From Bugula neritina (lineage: Eukaryota > Animalia > Bryozoa), in contig OZ037770.1 of the NCBI GenBank assembly GCA_964035545.1, positions 496,001-560,000 of the forward strand: a stretch of 64,000 bases of DNA, given 5' to 3'. Below, in pieces: positions 1 to 13,676 of this stretch. The position numbers and the translations under genes are program-made. Positions within the stretch are counted from its first letter, which is position 1. Each line of letters opens with the position of its first letter. The notes under the pieces are model-generated. The model was not told the DNA's origin. It made no database searches and was given only the letters and a program-made list of their open reading frames with translations.

Positions 1-3000
1 CACTGACAGCAAAATCATCTATTATAGTTGTGTACTCAGTATTGTTTAGGGTAACCGGTTCGGTGAAGTTACGCTCACTGCACACTCTTGGTCGATTTTT
101 CTCGCATATTCTAAGTATCAACATCTCAGAAGTCTGAAACATCAGACAGTGTTATTGAACAGCATTTAGTGACTGTTATGCGTAGACAAAACTTTGCCTC
201 CACTGAGATTCGAACCCGAGACATTTGGCTTGCAAGCAAGTGTTCTAACCATTACACCACAAGGAGTGTTGGCCAAACTCAATACTATACCGAGTGTTGA
301 TGATGAGTCATTTACAAGTCAGCAGTGTTGGTACTTAAGTGACTAGACTTACATTGGTCAGCTGAATATTCCAAGAGATCTCTATCTTGCCTGACTCTAG
401 TCTCACTACTTTCACTGCAGTCGGACTGTTTGGTGCTGTCAGAGTAAAATCAAACTCCAGTTATGATGAGAACGCAGCACTTCACAACACAATATAACCT
501 ATATTCTATAATACCTGTAGGTTTTACTGTTAGACTATGCATACAAAATATGTTTATCTATAGACTATCACTACAGACTATATACCTGCTGATAAATAGA
601 TTGTCATATTTGATTTTAAATTTTCGGTTGTAATATATACTCTAGACTTACAGGTGATAAGGGCTTAATAAAACACAACAAGTATGCCATGCTTTTCATA
701 AAATAATGATTATACACGTTGTGATCTTCTCACACATATTATAGGTATATAAACGCAGTATTTTATATATTAAGTAACCTAACCTGAAGAATATTTAAAT
801 AATTGAAAATCTCATGAACACCTGCAAATAAAAATATTAAATAGGCTACAACAAATGAGAACTTATTTATTACATAAAATACATACGAGTTCTGAAAAAT
901 GTTGAGACTGGATCGGATGTCTTTACTTCACCACTTTGTTTGGACTCTAACATCATGGTAACCTTGAAACTTCTGCCGTTTGGCAATTTTCCAATGTTTT
1001 CAATAGTTTGTTTATAGATGGGAGAATGTGAATAAGCCCCTGAACAATATAAGGAACAACTTTTACTATACTTATTTATTTAATATGTTATACATTGACC
1101 TTTTCTTAGCTTATATAATAAAATATTTTTGTTATTTTAAGTTTATTATATAAGCTATGAATAAAATATTTTTGTAATGCGGCCTGGGGACGTGCAAGCC
1201 TGCACACAGCTCAGCCGGTCCCAAGCTCAGATAAACACAGAGGGTTGACGTCAGGAAGAGCATTCGGCCGTAAAAACCTTGCTACATTAGTACATTATGC
1301 AGGAAGCCAAACGACAATCAGTGAATGTTAGGGCGCACCCCATAAACGACGTGCAACAGGGCTTCCTTCGACCTGCGGTGAGAATACAGTTAGAGGGACA
1401 AATCCAGCAAATCAGGGCGGCCACAGTCAATATCGGAACACTTACAGGGAAAAAGAGAGAGATAGCGGCAATGATGAAAACCAAAAAACTTGAGATCCTA
1501 TGCCTACAAGAAACCAGGTGGACAAGAGGAAAATTTAAAGGGAAAGTTCGAAACCTCGGAGATAGATGTAAACTGTAATACAGTGGTGAAGTGAAACCAA
1601 AAAACAGAGTTGGCATCTGTCTGAATGAGTACTGGCAAGACAAGGTGATAGGCGTAGTAAGAAAATCAGATAGGTTAATAACAATGAAGCTGGTAACATC
1701 TGCAAAGAACTACAATATCATGTCAGCCTATGCCCCGCAGCAGGGCTGTAGTGAGGAGGAGAAAAATGTGTTTTGGAACCAACTAGAAGATGAGATTAAC
1801 CAGATACCAGATAGAAACAGTTGATGTTGACCTAAGATCTGAATAGTCACATAGGACAGTAGAGAACTGGTTACAGAAGATGGCATGGTGGTGAAATAGT
1901 AGGACAGAGAAACCAGGAGGAAGTGCGCATTCTGGAGATTGCTAGGATACATGATTTGGCCATAATAAACATGTTCTCCCACAAGACGAAGAAGCACTTG
2001 ATAGCATTCAGGAATGGGGAATACTATTCTGTGATTGACTATATACTTGTGAGAAGGGAGGTGATTGGCAAAATCAGGAACTGCAAGGTCATTCCCGGTG
2101 AGTCTATTGCTACACAGCACAGGCTCATGGTGATGGACATGATCGAGAAAAGGAAAAGCAAGGAGTAGAAGAGGAAGCGTAAAGAGAGATCGAATAAGAT
2201 GGTGGAAACTGAAGAAGAATGAAGGGCAAGAGTTTGTAGATAAGCTTGCAGAGACCACATTGGAGCAATGGGATAAACCAGAAAGGATGTGGAACAACGC
2301 ATATGATAGAGCAATGGAAATTGCTAAAGATAAGAGAAAGAGAAATAGAGGACGACCCAATTGAATATGGATGGACACAATAAGAGATGACATGAAGCGT
2401 TTGGGGCCTTAAACCATAGGATGCAGAAAACTGGGAAAGATGGCAGACGCTGATAGAGATTGGAAGCCTGCAGATCGGTCACTTCTGCAGGACTATGACC
2501 GTATAGGTTTGAAAGGCGTGACATGTGACACGAGTTAGACAATATGCTAGAGGTGACATAAAATAGACAACATGGTATAGGTGGCATAAAGGAGCAGCTG
2601 TGGTCTATGGGCTGGAGTGCTTGGTTTAGTAAACACAAAGTCATAGGTTCAGTTTCCAGTAAAAGACATTAGTGATGTTAGAAAGAGCAAGCAGTCGTAA
2701 TTACTCTGGTGCCACATATATATAACAAGTCCTGAGCCTGCTTTGAAAAAACCTTTACACCATATTTTTTTCAAACAAATCATGCCTATAAATTAGCATG
2801 GGTTTTATACAGGTGTCATAAAATAGACAACATGATGCAGGTAGCATGAGTAAGACAACATGATGCAGGTAGCATGAGTAAGACAACATTATGCAGGTGA
2901 CATGAGGAAGACAACATGATGCAGGTGACATGAGTAAGACAACATGATGCAGGTGGCATGAGTAAGACAACGTGATGCGGGTGGCATAGGGAAAACAACG

Positions 3001-6000
3001 TGATGCAGGTGGCATGAGTAAGACAACATGATATGCAGGTGGCATGAGTAAGACAACATGATGCAGGCGACATGAGTAAGACAACATGATGCAGGCGACA
3101 TGAGTAAGACAACATGGTGCAGGTGACATGAGTAAGACAACATGATGCAGGCGACATGAGTAAGACAACATGGTGCAGGTGACATGAGTAAGACAACATG
3201 ATGCAGGTGACATGAGTAAGACAACATGATGCAGGTGGCATGGGGAAGACAACGTGATGCGGATAGTATTACTGAGAGAAACAAGTGTAAAGCCTGACTC
3301 TCACCCCTCAACTGGTAGCTAACTTCTCTGATATTCTCGGTATGAAGATCTGTAATGTTCACCAGCACCCGTGAGAACTGACTGTTGATTGGTTTAGTGA
3401 ACCACAAGTAGTAGCTACCAGTCTGAGCCTTGGAGGTTGTTTCAAAGAAAACAATCTTGGAAGGAGACACGGGACCTGGAAGTGAAGTAGCAATCAAAGG
3501 TAAATCAGTTCCTGCATTGGAATTTAAGGGTAGAGTCTTCTAAACTTCTACGTTGGTTAGGCTTAAACACTGTGAAGCATAAAGAGTTCATGTTTTTCTC
3601 ACGTGTATAGACTGAAGCTGTAACTTGTGCTGTAATTAGCTGTTGTAAATTTACATCCACACTTATCAGCCAGATGCTATATGTGCAACGCTTTCCCAAA
3701 GGGGCTTTGTCCATCCATTCCAGGTACGTTGGAGCGTTAGTGGCATAATCCTACCTCAGACAGAAAAGAACCATTAGTTGTTTACACACATTGATTAGAA
3801 ATACTCTTTATATACTCTAAATTGGCTGTATAGGTATATTATTTATAAAGCACTCTAGAACTTGAAAGAATGTCTAAGAATGATTCTATATCTCCATAAA
3901 GCTCACTCGGTATAGGTGACGCTCTCCGCAACCTTTTGATGACTTGATGACTAGTGTATCATAGAAAGTATTTTTGAATTCCCACTCCAACACAACTGTT
4001 ACTTGGTTCTCTGAACTTATGTTTACTGGGGATGCAAGAAACCGCTTAATTGGTAAAGGTGCTAAAACAGTAAAATATTGACAGAAATAAACCTTATACT
4101 AACTTGAAATACTGTGGTGACTTTGGAGTTATCTTATTATTTCATTATTATTTAGCTTTGACATGACAAATTATCCTGTTTTCTTGACTTTTTCGTGTGT
4201 TGCAAACTAGTCTTTGTCCCAAGTTGAGCATGTTGGAGTGTCAGGCAAATTTGAGTCAGATACTCAGACACATACAACATGACCAATACTTGACCGAAGA
4301 CCAGTAAAATATTCTGGAGAAGTTTCAGAGTAATAAAAGAGGCAAACTCATAGTGTAGTCTACATGCAGCTGGAGCTCAGCGGTTAAACACCTCGGATAT
4401 TTCTACATACAATAAATTGATACTTGTATATCTTACAAGACACTCTCTGCTTCTCTATGAAATACAAGGAGTTATGTTCTCCACCTAATTATTTTAAAAT
4501 CATTAAAATACTGCAATACTAAACGTTATTGTAAGCTACATAGTATAGCTACATTCTACAAAAACTTACCGTTTATTTTTGCTAGCATTTATATTATTTT
4601 TTTTGGTTTAAAATTACCTCCACTTACCCGCTGACACTTTGAAGTATTCCTGTTGTTTCAATCCATTACAGTTAACTTGAAAGAGTATTTCATAGTTGTT
4701 ACCGTTAATCACAGTGAATTCTTCACTATTTTTCACTTCTGGTGTCTAAATTGAAATATTTTATTTTTGAAATATTTTATAATTCGATTCATAGTTTAGA
4801 ATTATCTACTTAAGTTTTAAAAAAATTGATGTCGATCCGTAAGATTTTGAATAAAACAGTTGATCTTAAGCGCGATAAAATATAAAGATTGATGCTTTCA
4901 GAACAAAGTGCTCTCACTCGACATATTTAGTAAACCAACTTTGAAGTTTATGCTGATGTATAAACGTTGGAATCTAATTTTTCAAAATGCATGCTGAAAA
5001 TACTCAGGCTATCAGAGAGAAAAAACAACTTTATCTCTGTTAGACATCTCTAATTTGACGTAAGAGAAACTAATGTCAACCTGAAATTTCAAAAAATGTT
5101 TACAACGAAAAAGTTGATGTGTGACAAACTAAACAAGAGCTATTTTATGGCACATTGAAATGCTTTTTATAGGGAGACAACAGTAATAAAGAAAACTTTA
5201 ATGAAATCATTAAAAAGACCTTGCTTACTTCAACTCGTCTTCTGATAGAGACGCCGCGAGTGCCGGTCACCAGCAAATCTATGCTAGAATACTCGTCACT
5301 GGCAGTCCAAGAGATAGTAATGATGTTATCCGAAATAGTTACAGACATGTCTGGAGGAAAGTCTGGCCCTAAAAATAAGTATTAACTCTGAGAGCTTTAA
5401 AACATGTAATTTGGGACTCGAAAACTGTGTCATCAGTTCATAAATATTTAGACACAAACAAAAGTTTAAATTTAGAGATATAAATAAAAACATATTAAAT
5501 GAATAACTTCAGAATAGTATGATCTGCTGAGTAGTTACACATCTAAAATTTCAAAAAATAGCTTTTTTACTAAAAGAGTAAAATAAATTATTAATTCACA
5601 ACATTGAAGTTGTCATTTACACCATTCTTAGTATAAAATGTGCCACATTTAAATAAACTTAACACAGTCAACCAATCCCCACTTGATAAACTTGTTTATT
5701 TGTTTACTTGTGTCGAATTACTAGTAAAATTGAAGCTTTTAGTTTGCATTCTTAAAAAATTGTTTGACAAATTTATATTTGAGTGAAAAAAAATTGTTTT
5801 ACGAATTATAGCAAAGAAAAGTATATGAAATTGCCTTTTGCCGAGCAAATTATGTCAAAGTAAAACATCATATTTCACTTAAATGTTTATAACAATCAAA
5901 CTGTTTGATATCCAAATAAAAGATTAACATAAATAAGATCTGTTGAAATATTAAAATATTAAAGAGCCCTGATTTGAAAAGTAACGCGAAGTCTAACTTG

Positions 6001-7579
6001 TTAGATGAGTTTCTGGTTTACAAACCAATACCATACCTGTAGACACTGTAACACTGTCAGAAATTATGTAAAGTGTTTTTTCTGGATCTCCTATAACAGC
6101 GCTGAACAACTGGAATGAAACATCTCTGTTGCCTAAAAGATTTAGGCTTGTTCTCTCTAAACTTTGTAATCCTGGTTGAACTGCAAATAAATTGATCATA
6201 TCTTTATAGGCGAACCAGTGAAAAAAAATGCAATGGCTTTTAGGTTATACACAAAGGTACAACTTTAAAGACAACTACTGTCCTATTTCAAAGTTTTTTT
6301 AAGTATTAAAAATAAATAATCATATATTTAGACATCTATACAAAATGAAAGCATTAATTATTGAAAAGGAATTTTAGTTTTCAATAAAATTTAAACAAGA
6401 GTTGCACTTGAAGCTTACAGATTGCCTAACCTTAAAAGTTGTTAAAAAAGTTCACAGGTCAATCGTTTCCAGCTAGTGTAAAAAACTAGAAATTTTTTTA
6501 AATAATGGTCAGAGTTTTTGTGATATATACGACAAGCAAATGGCGTGATGGCTACACACTTGCATTATTAAAAAAAATTTTTTGTCATTAAAAATGGCCT
6601 TGACATGCTGGTAAATCAACAACTTGTCCTGGTGCTTTGCAATAAGGCAGAAAAAGTTATCCATGACTAGTCCATGTAATAAAACAATCCATATAAAAAA
6701 AATAATTTGAAGACATGTGGTTCTTTATTTGACAAAATGTAGAAACAGAAGAAAGGTGTCATTGTAGCTTTGACAAGGAAGAACAACCACTTAAACTGTA
6801 AAGAGAATAATCACCTGTTATTTTCTGTTCTGGACCACCTCCTGTAACAGAATACTTTACCACTAGTCCATTGTAAGCAGAACTTGCCCCTAATGGTGTT
6901 TTAGATGGAGGAGGAGCAATATAAAAAGATATCTTGTCATTTTCTCCATTGAAGGCAGTAAAATTTTGTGCTCTCATTGGTTCTGAAATATCAACTAGAC
7001 ATTTGTCTCATCATCTAGTGTTAAAACTTATAGATTATCATATAGAGTATAGACTATAACATCTAAACATATGAACATATGTTTAAATACAATTGTATCT
7101 GCATGGATGATGTTTGTCAAATATTATAGAAAGCTTATACACGTTGATATAATAACTCACAGGCTTCGCTGAGTAAATGCTCTAAGATAAAAAAACACTG
7201 TTTCATTTTCATTTTACACAACATTATTTAGGAGTATTTTACCGTATGAACTACATAATTAGCCGTAAAAAAAATTGAAAAATAATTTCTTTTCAAGTTC
7301 TCATGATTTGGTTTTTTTAGTTTCTCAAAATAGTAAGCAAGACTTTATAGTTGAAGATATTTATTTATGCACTTTCAGAGATATATAAATTTATTACCCA
7401 GGTTTAAGGATGTTGCTTCCTTAATCTTGACAGTATATTTAGGCGATACAGAAGCTATAAATCCTATTGTATACCGGTACCCGGGTGATAGGTTTGTGAA
7501 CTCTGTCTTAAAAGAAATACAAAGTGCCAATTTGAAAATATAAAATACTACTAAGATCATCCCTCTCTCTCTCTCCCTG

Positions 7580-7647
<68 letters not shown>

Positions 7648-7707
7648 TCCTTCTCTCCCCCTTCTCTCTCTCTCTCCTTCTCTCTCTCCCTCTCTCCTTC
7701 TCTCCCC

Positions 7708-7784
<77 letters not shown>

Positions 7785-7803
7785 TCTCTCTCTCTCCCTC
7801 TCC

Positions 7804-7838
<35 letters not shown>

Positions 7839-8553
7839 TCCCTCTCTCTCTTTTTCTTTTTATCCTTTCCAACCTCTCTCCCTCCCTTGATTTCTCTTTC
7901 CTTTTTTTGTAGAATTGCCCATTATGCTATCTTACTTACTTCTACCAGCTCAAAGCGGTCCCAGTCTGTTAATGAAACGAGCACAACATCTTTGCGCCGA
8001 AGCAACTTATTTAGTTTATTGATATAAAATTCACAATCGAGATGAATTGAGTAAGCTCCCGGTCTATGCGCTCCAAGGCGGATGTCAGCTGCCATGATGT
8101 AGTTACGTTTTTGGAACATTCTTAACGCTCTATCTACATATCTACAATTAATTCAGGTTTTTGCATTTTCTGTGAACTATATACAAACAAATTGTTCAGC
8201 TTCGAAACAAAACATGAATAAAATAATGTTTCTGGTTGGCTTTGTAAGTTTTCATGTCAATAAAAAATTAGCAACTGTTTTAGATATAGTTGTCAATAAA
8301 AGCCGACCAGTTTAGCAAATAACAGGTAGTATAAATTTAAAAAGAAAATAAGTAAGTGAGATAAAATAATTCTTTATAAAAATATTCTAGCATATAGTTA
8401 GAAATTTTGAAAATAAACGGCTTTGAGAAAAAATGGTGCCATTAAATATTCAGACAAAGTGGTTAGAGAAGACATATTAACTTACGCGTAGCCTCCATAA
8501 GCAGAGGGTAACAGATATATCCATACTATGATGACACTATATACATTGATCAT
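1..8553 (-). CDS. Copy A of 6xFN3-like type-I membrane protein family (exons 1-13; 3' end runs off the window)
   Basis: Exons (GT-AG, phases consistent): 8486-8553 (signal peptide MINVYSVIIVWIYLLPSAYG), 7940-8141, 7398-7506 (TEFTNLSPGYRYTIGF, FN3 L-x-P-G-x-x-Y motif), 6815-6982, 6037-6180, 5229-5368, 4628-4745, 3907-4061, 3603-3750, 3305-3475, 887-1039, 353-435, <1-133. No stops in the reconstructed frame. Exon lengths 68/202/109/168/144/140/118/155/148/171/153/83 match the paralogs. Confidence 0.85.
193..265 (-). mobile_element. tRNA(Ala-like)-derived SINE head / pseudo-tRNA
   Basis: Reverse complement TCCTTGTGGTGTAATGGTTAG...CTTGCAA...GGTTCGAATCTC has Pol III A and B boxes but imperfect cloverleaf stems. 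Related copies at ~26372, ~26583, ~49965, ~50063 and ~51563. Confidence 0.6.
1175..1246 (+). ncRNA. Twister ribozyme (slightly degenerate) at the 5' end of an RTE element
   Basis: TAA-TGCG-GC-[P3 hairpin gtgca/tgcac]-GCCGG-TCCC-AAGC-TCAG-ATAAA-CACA-GAGGG matches the twister core UAA...GC...GCCGGUCCCAAGCCCGGAUAAA...GAGGG, with three substitutions (P4 CCGG>TCAG, P2 CGCA>CACA). Confidence 0.8.
1176..2520 (+). mobile_element. RTE-clade LINE, degenerate and internally deleted (AP-endonuclease plus C-terminus, no RT)
   Basis: APE endonuclease motifs ATVNIGTLTGK..EILCLQETRW, NRVGI, SAYAPQQG, IDYILV and TQHRLMV across broken frames at 1297-2168. An RTE-type C-terminus (RNRGRP..WMDTIRDDMK) follows directly at ~2335-2450. 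Lies in intron 10 of copy A. Confidence 0.85.
2591..2753 (+). mobile_element. tRNA-derived SINE (family 2)
   Basis: GAGCAGCTGTGGTCTA...AGTAAACACAAAGTCATAGGTTC head plus GTGATGTTAGAAAGAGCA body; homologous to 10519-10728, 13677-13904 and 61096-61306. Confidence 0.65.
2810..3262. repeat. 28-bp minisatellite (AGACAACATGATGCAGGTGACATGAGTA)n, ~16 copies, intron 10 of copy A
   Basis: Direct tandem repeat; explains the Cys/His-rich ORFs at 2755-3497. Confidence 0.95.
7560..7890. repeat. (CT/GA)n microsatellite in intron 2 of copy A
   Basis: Directly visible. Confidence 0.95.
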
Positions 8554-8767
8554 AGTGATAAGTTTAACTGCAAGTTGAAATATTCTATAAAAATTCCCAA
8601 GTTTTTAGTGTTCAACAATTACTTGAATATTTTTAACAAAGTTATTTTAAAAATCTCGTTTGTATGTTGTTGATTCATATCAAAACAATTTATCATTAAA
8701 ATATAAGGGAAAATAAAACAATGCATGCTTTCTTTTGCTGATTTACTTTCACAAGTGTAAATAAGTT

Positions 8768-9094
<327 letters not shown>

Positions 9095-10518
9095 CGATGT
9101 TAGTCTTTACCTTAAAATAAGTATAACATTTGAAATATGTGCCTTTTTCTTTCTAAGATTATATTTTATTATTGGTAAAGAAACAAACTATATGATGCAT
9201 ATTCATAGTCAGCGTCCCCTTAATGCAAAAAGCGAACTCAAAATGCCCATAAAGTCACGATGTTTTGTGTTTAGTCTGCAAGCTTAATTGAAAGCGTAAC
9301 AAATGGTTGTAGAGGGCTTTGAAAATGACATTTAATGCAAGTTTCTTGTTTCTGACTTCGTTTATTGATCATTTTGCTCTGGTATGATGGACATCATTTT
9401 TGAGTTAACTAATGCTTGAGGAGCTGCCGGAGTCTTCAGCATTTCAGATTTCAAATTTGTTTCCCATTCTTTGGATCTGTTCCTAAACCAAGAATGTATT
9501 TATTATGTTGCTAACAAACTTATTTTAACAAATCATGCTGCAATTGAGCGAAACAATGACCCTTTATGTGTTTGCTTTTTTAAATCACAGCAATGTTAGG
9601 CAAACATTTTTTTATTACTAGATTTAGTAAATATAAATAAAAACAAAGGCAAAGCAACAAAATAACAAAATGAGAACAGCAGATTAGTTATTTGAAATGA
9701 GTCTTTGCATTCGAATAGTTAAATATAAAACTGACAGGAAATTAAAAATTAAGTTTATGCTTGTAGCTGTACAACCAACAGACTTACCCAAAGAAAAGAA
9801 TAGCTGTAATCCATAAGACTCCTGCACACACACAGAGTCTAACGAAACGACCAGAACTTATATCTACAGAATTCAACAGAACTTTAGTACTCAATCAATT
9901 TGTAACTTTCAGTCTCCAAAGATCATGAATCAAACGCAATAGATAGAACTAATTAGTTTATACAAGCTTTTTATCAATATATTTTACAAAACTGTAGTTA
10001 AAATTTGCTGCAATTATTTCAAAGTGATTTGAATGTTGGGATGAAAAATTAAGCAATATCTCTCTTTCTGTTGGTTGGTTATATCAAATACTAAAATATT
10101 TATTTAGCTAAATAAAAGATCATAACATGGCCCAGAACTACAATAAGAACTTAAGTACGATCTGAATTAAAAAAGAACTTAGGAAGCTGATATAGGTTAT
10201 TGCATCTAAATCTTACCTTTCATATCAATTTCTAGTAATACAGAGTTGCTTTTTAAACTAGCAACACCAGTGTCAGTCGAAACAACCGAAATGATAAATT
10301 CACTGGCCGGAAGGTCGTCTAATTGAATAGCAAATTCAGTTTCTGATATGTTGTTGTAGTTAGTGAAGTCATAATTCGTACAGATAAGAGGCTGATTTTT
10401 CTGGCATAAATTGATTTGAAATCTCTCTGATACCTAAAAGATGTAATTCATAATGATAACAAATAAGTCTCACCAATAAGGTACATTATTCAAAGTTATT
10501 TTTGAGTTATAGTATTTC

Positions 10519-10728
10519 ATTTGCAGCTGTGGTATAAGGGTTAAAAAATTTGCTTGCAAAATCCAAAGTTTTGAGTTTAAACTTGGAAAAAGGCCTTTGA
10601 TAGTGCTACAAAAGATATCCAGTTATGATTTCTTTTGTGCCTCATCTGAATAAGTCCTTAGCCCAACTTAACAAAAACTTTTTTTATCAGGGATTTCTCA
10701 CAAAGATGGTGACTATAAACATGCATGG
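10519..10728 (+). mobile_element. tRNA-derived SINE (family 2) with 7-bp TSD GTATTTC
   Basis: GTATTTC at 10512-10518 and 10729-10735. The equivalent intron of copy C has a single GTATTTC empty site (~22710). Confidence 0.75.
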
Positions 10729-11204
10729 GTATTTCCTTTGAATCTATTCTGATTATTGAACTTACATTTGTCAGCTGAGCATTCCAGGATATCTTTATCT
10801 TATGAGGCTCCAGTTGCACTACGTTAACGTCTGTTGCAATGTTTGGTGCTGTCAAAACCACACACAACTTTCAATTTAATGTTTAAATCTAGCCATAGTC
10901 ACTTCAAGTAGAAAAATGTTTCTAAACGTGTACATAAAATGATAAATACTCTTTGGTTTCAGTAGCTTGTAAACATACGAGTTCTGAAGAATGTTGAGAC
11001 TGGATCAGATTCCTTTACTTCACCATTCTGTTCTGATACTAACACTACGGTAATCTTGAAAGTTCTGCCATTTGGCAGCTGGCCAATATTATCAACGACT
11101 CTGTTAAAGTTGGGTGACGTTAAAAAATCTTCTGAAAAGAAGCAAACATTTTGTGAAAGAGAGATTATAGTTCTTTTAAATCTCTGATCTAAAATCTTTA
11201 ATAC

Positions 11205-11492
11205 TATTTGTGTAACAAGTGCTATGTAACAAGTGCTATGAAACAGGTGCTATGAAACAGGTGCTATGCAACAAGTGCTATGTAACAGATGCTATGCAAC
11301 AGGTGCTACTTATGTAACAGATGCTACTTATGTAACAGGTGCAACTTATGTAACAGGTGCTACTTATGTAACAGGTGCTACTTATGTAACAGGTGCTACT
11401 TATGTAACAGGTGCTACTTATGTAACAGGTGCTACTTATGTAACAGGTGCTACTTATGTAACAGGTGCTACTTATGTAACAGGTGCTATGTA
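11205..11492. repeat. 18-bp minisatellite (ACTTATGTAACAGGTGCT)n in intron 10 of copy B
   Basis: Direct tandem repeat; copy C keeps only ~2 units at ~23213-23252. Confidence 0.95.
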
Positions 11493-12830
11493 AGAGTGAT
11501 GAGACAGCGAGTGCATCACATGTCATTTACCTTCATCCACAGTGTAGCTGAGCTGGTTTATAATGTTTTCATCATTAGTATCGGTTATGTTTACCAAAAC
11601 ACTCGAGAACAGGCAGTTTTCTGGCTTCATGAAAGATAGATAGTAACTACTACTTTTATTTTGAACATCTCTTTCTAGAAAGATGATGCTTTCAGGTGAA
11701 ACCACGGCTATAAAAATATACAATCTATTTAATAGACCCAAGGCTATGACAGTCTGAAATTGCATGTGTTATTACGCTATAAACACAGAATGTAGAGGCA
11801 TAATGAATGCTTCTTACATGTAAATATTGAAGCTGTAACGTTTGTGGTTACAATTTCCTTTGACTGAAGGTCTAAACTGATCAGCCAGATGGTAAACGAA
11901 CACTGTTTCCCTGATGGCATAGTCTCCACCCATTCCAAAGACGTTTTAGCATTCCACGCATATTTCTACATCAGACATACCAAAAGTAGGCACACTTGCG
12001 AAAGGAGTAAACTTACTTTTGTGGTCTTCAACTGTGTCTCTATATAATGTGATCTATGAATAAATTAAGCGATAACAAGTCATCTAGAATAGGACTGCAC
12101 TTAAATATTTGTTCCACTACAGAGAGCTTACTTGGTGAAAGTACCGACTACTACAATTCTCTGATGACTTGATGTTAAGTGAGTCATAGAACGTGCCGTC
12201 AAACTTCTATTCGAGCAAAACTGTAACTTGGTTTTCTGAACTTATACGTTTTGAGGATGCTATGAAGGCATTGAGTGGTAGAGGATCTGAAAAGTAATAA
12301 AATAACAATAGAAATAAACATTCCTGATATAAATACTATAACGTAGTATAGGCTACAATATTTTTAAACAAACTTTGCTGTGATTTTTTCTCTGTCTAAA
12401 GCAAGTAAAAAACTTATATATTTTATTGTAATATATGTTTTGGAACAAATATTTTAAACCTATCATTTCAAAATAATTTTTTAGTCTTTGTTATTTTTAT
12501 TTCAAAAGAGCAACTAAGCGATAAACACTTTGAAAATGTTTGCACTGTAATTTCTTTTACTATGAGCAATTTGGTGCAACAATAACAAGAATAATTTGAA
12601 GATATGCTACACTTACCCACTGATCTTGTATAAGATTTCTGTAGGTACAATTTATTGGCGTTAACTCGAAACCAAATCTGATAGTTGTTTCCCCGTGTCA
12701 CGTGAAATATTTGAGTAGTACTTGATTCTGGTGCCTACAATTCTAGTATTTTATACTTAAAGTAAAAAATCTATCAGCGGTAAATATTGCAAAGTTGAAT
12801 ACATTTATCTGTCAATGTTTTACAGACTAA

Positions 12831-13630
12831 AGCCCTGGCCACACGATCGTGAGAATCACACGAAATCGTCTATTTGACACGAAAAAACATTCGTACGAGA
12901 AAATTTGAGGTAATTCAAACGAAATCGTCATCGTTGGGTGTGCACAATGATGACGATGGACGAAAAATCACAATCGACGATAAGTACCATTTGATTGGTC
13001 AATAGAATTTTAGCAACAGTGATTATTTCATTTCTACTAAGTTTCTCTATTTGGCAATGTTCTGCTGCTTGTATCTTGTGCAAGACTCATTCACGGACTA
13101 ATAAAAATGACTTGTTGCCATCAAAGTGGTATATATATATATATTATACACGCCAAATATTTACTACAAATTTCAAAAATAGCATAAATTAAGTAGTATT
13201 ACTATGCCTATTTGCATCCAATTTACTAGTCTTACATCTATAGCAACTGTAAAGTATTTTGCGTAAAATAGCTATTGCAAGCATTATTCAATTCATATTC
13301 ACATGGTAATCACAGCGAAGCTTAAACTTTATAGCTTTGTATTTACGTGCATGAGTGAGTTTTAATTTTTTTTTTAATTTCATATGCATAAAAAATATTT
13401 TTAAAAACTTTACCAATAAACAAAACTAAAAAAATGTACACATAAAATACCAAAAAAGATAACAAAAATGGCAAAATTTTTCCTTTATAACTTATATAAA
13501 CTTGCGGTACCAATCTCGGCATAATGACTTTTCGTTTAAACGATCATGTGGCTGGTCAATACGAAAAGATAACTCACGAATAATCGTCACACGAGTTTCG
13601 TGTCATTCTCACGATCGTGTGGCCAGGGCT
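12831..13630. mobile_element. Non-autonomous DNA transposon (MITE), PIF/Harbinger-like
   Basis: TIRs AGCCCTGGCCACACGATCGTGAGAAT at 12831 and its reverse complement ending at 13630, flanked by TAA/TTA. Absent from the equivalent intron of copy C. The superfamily call is inferred from the TWA flanks and TIR style. Confidence 0.8.
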
Positions 13631-13676
13631 TTAATACTACTCAAATTCACAAAAGTTTATAGTGCTATTCTTGTGA

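Noticed and set aside
2755-3497. Cys/His-rich repetitive ORFs (metallothionein- or keratin-associated-like)
   Set aside because: They are translations of the 28-bp intronic minisatellite, open in several frames; only 3305-3475 is a real exon.
3751-3758. TGAGGTAG equals the let-7 seed (CTACCTCA on plus)
   Set aside because: No let-7 body or hairpin; the orientation is wrong for a target site in these mRNAs; it coincides with a splice acceptor.
11266-11639. CYLCNR / TYVTGA repeat ORFs
   Set aside because: Translation of the 18-bp minisatellite in intron 10 of copy B.
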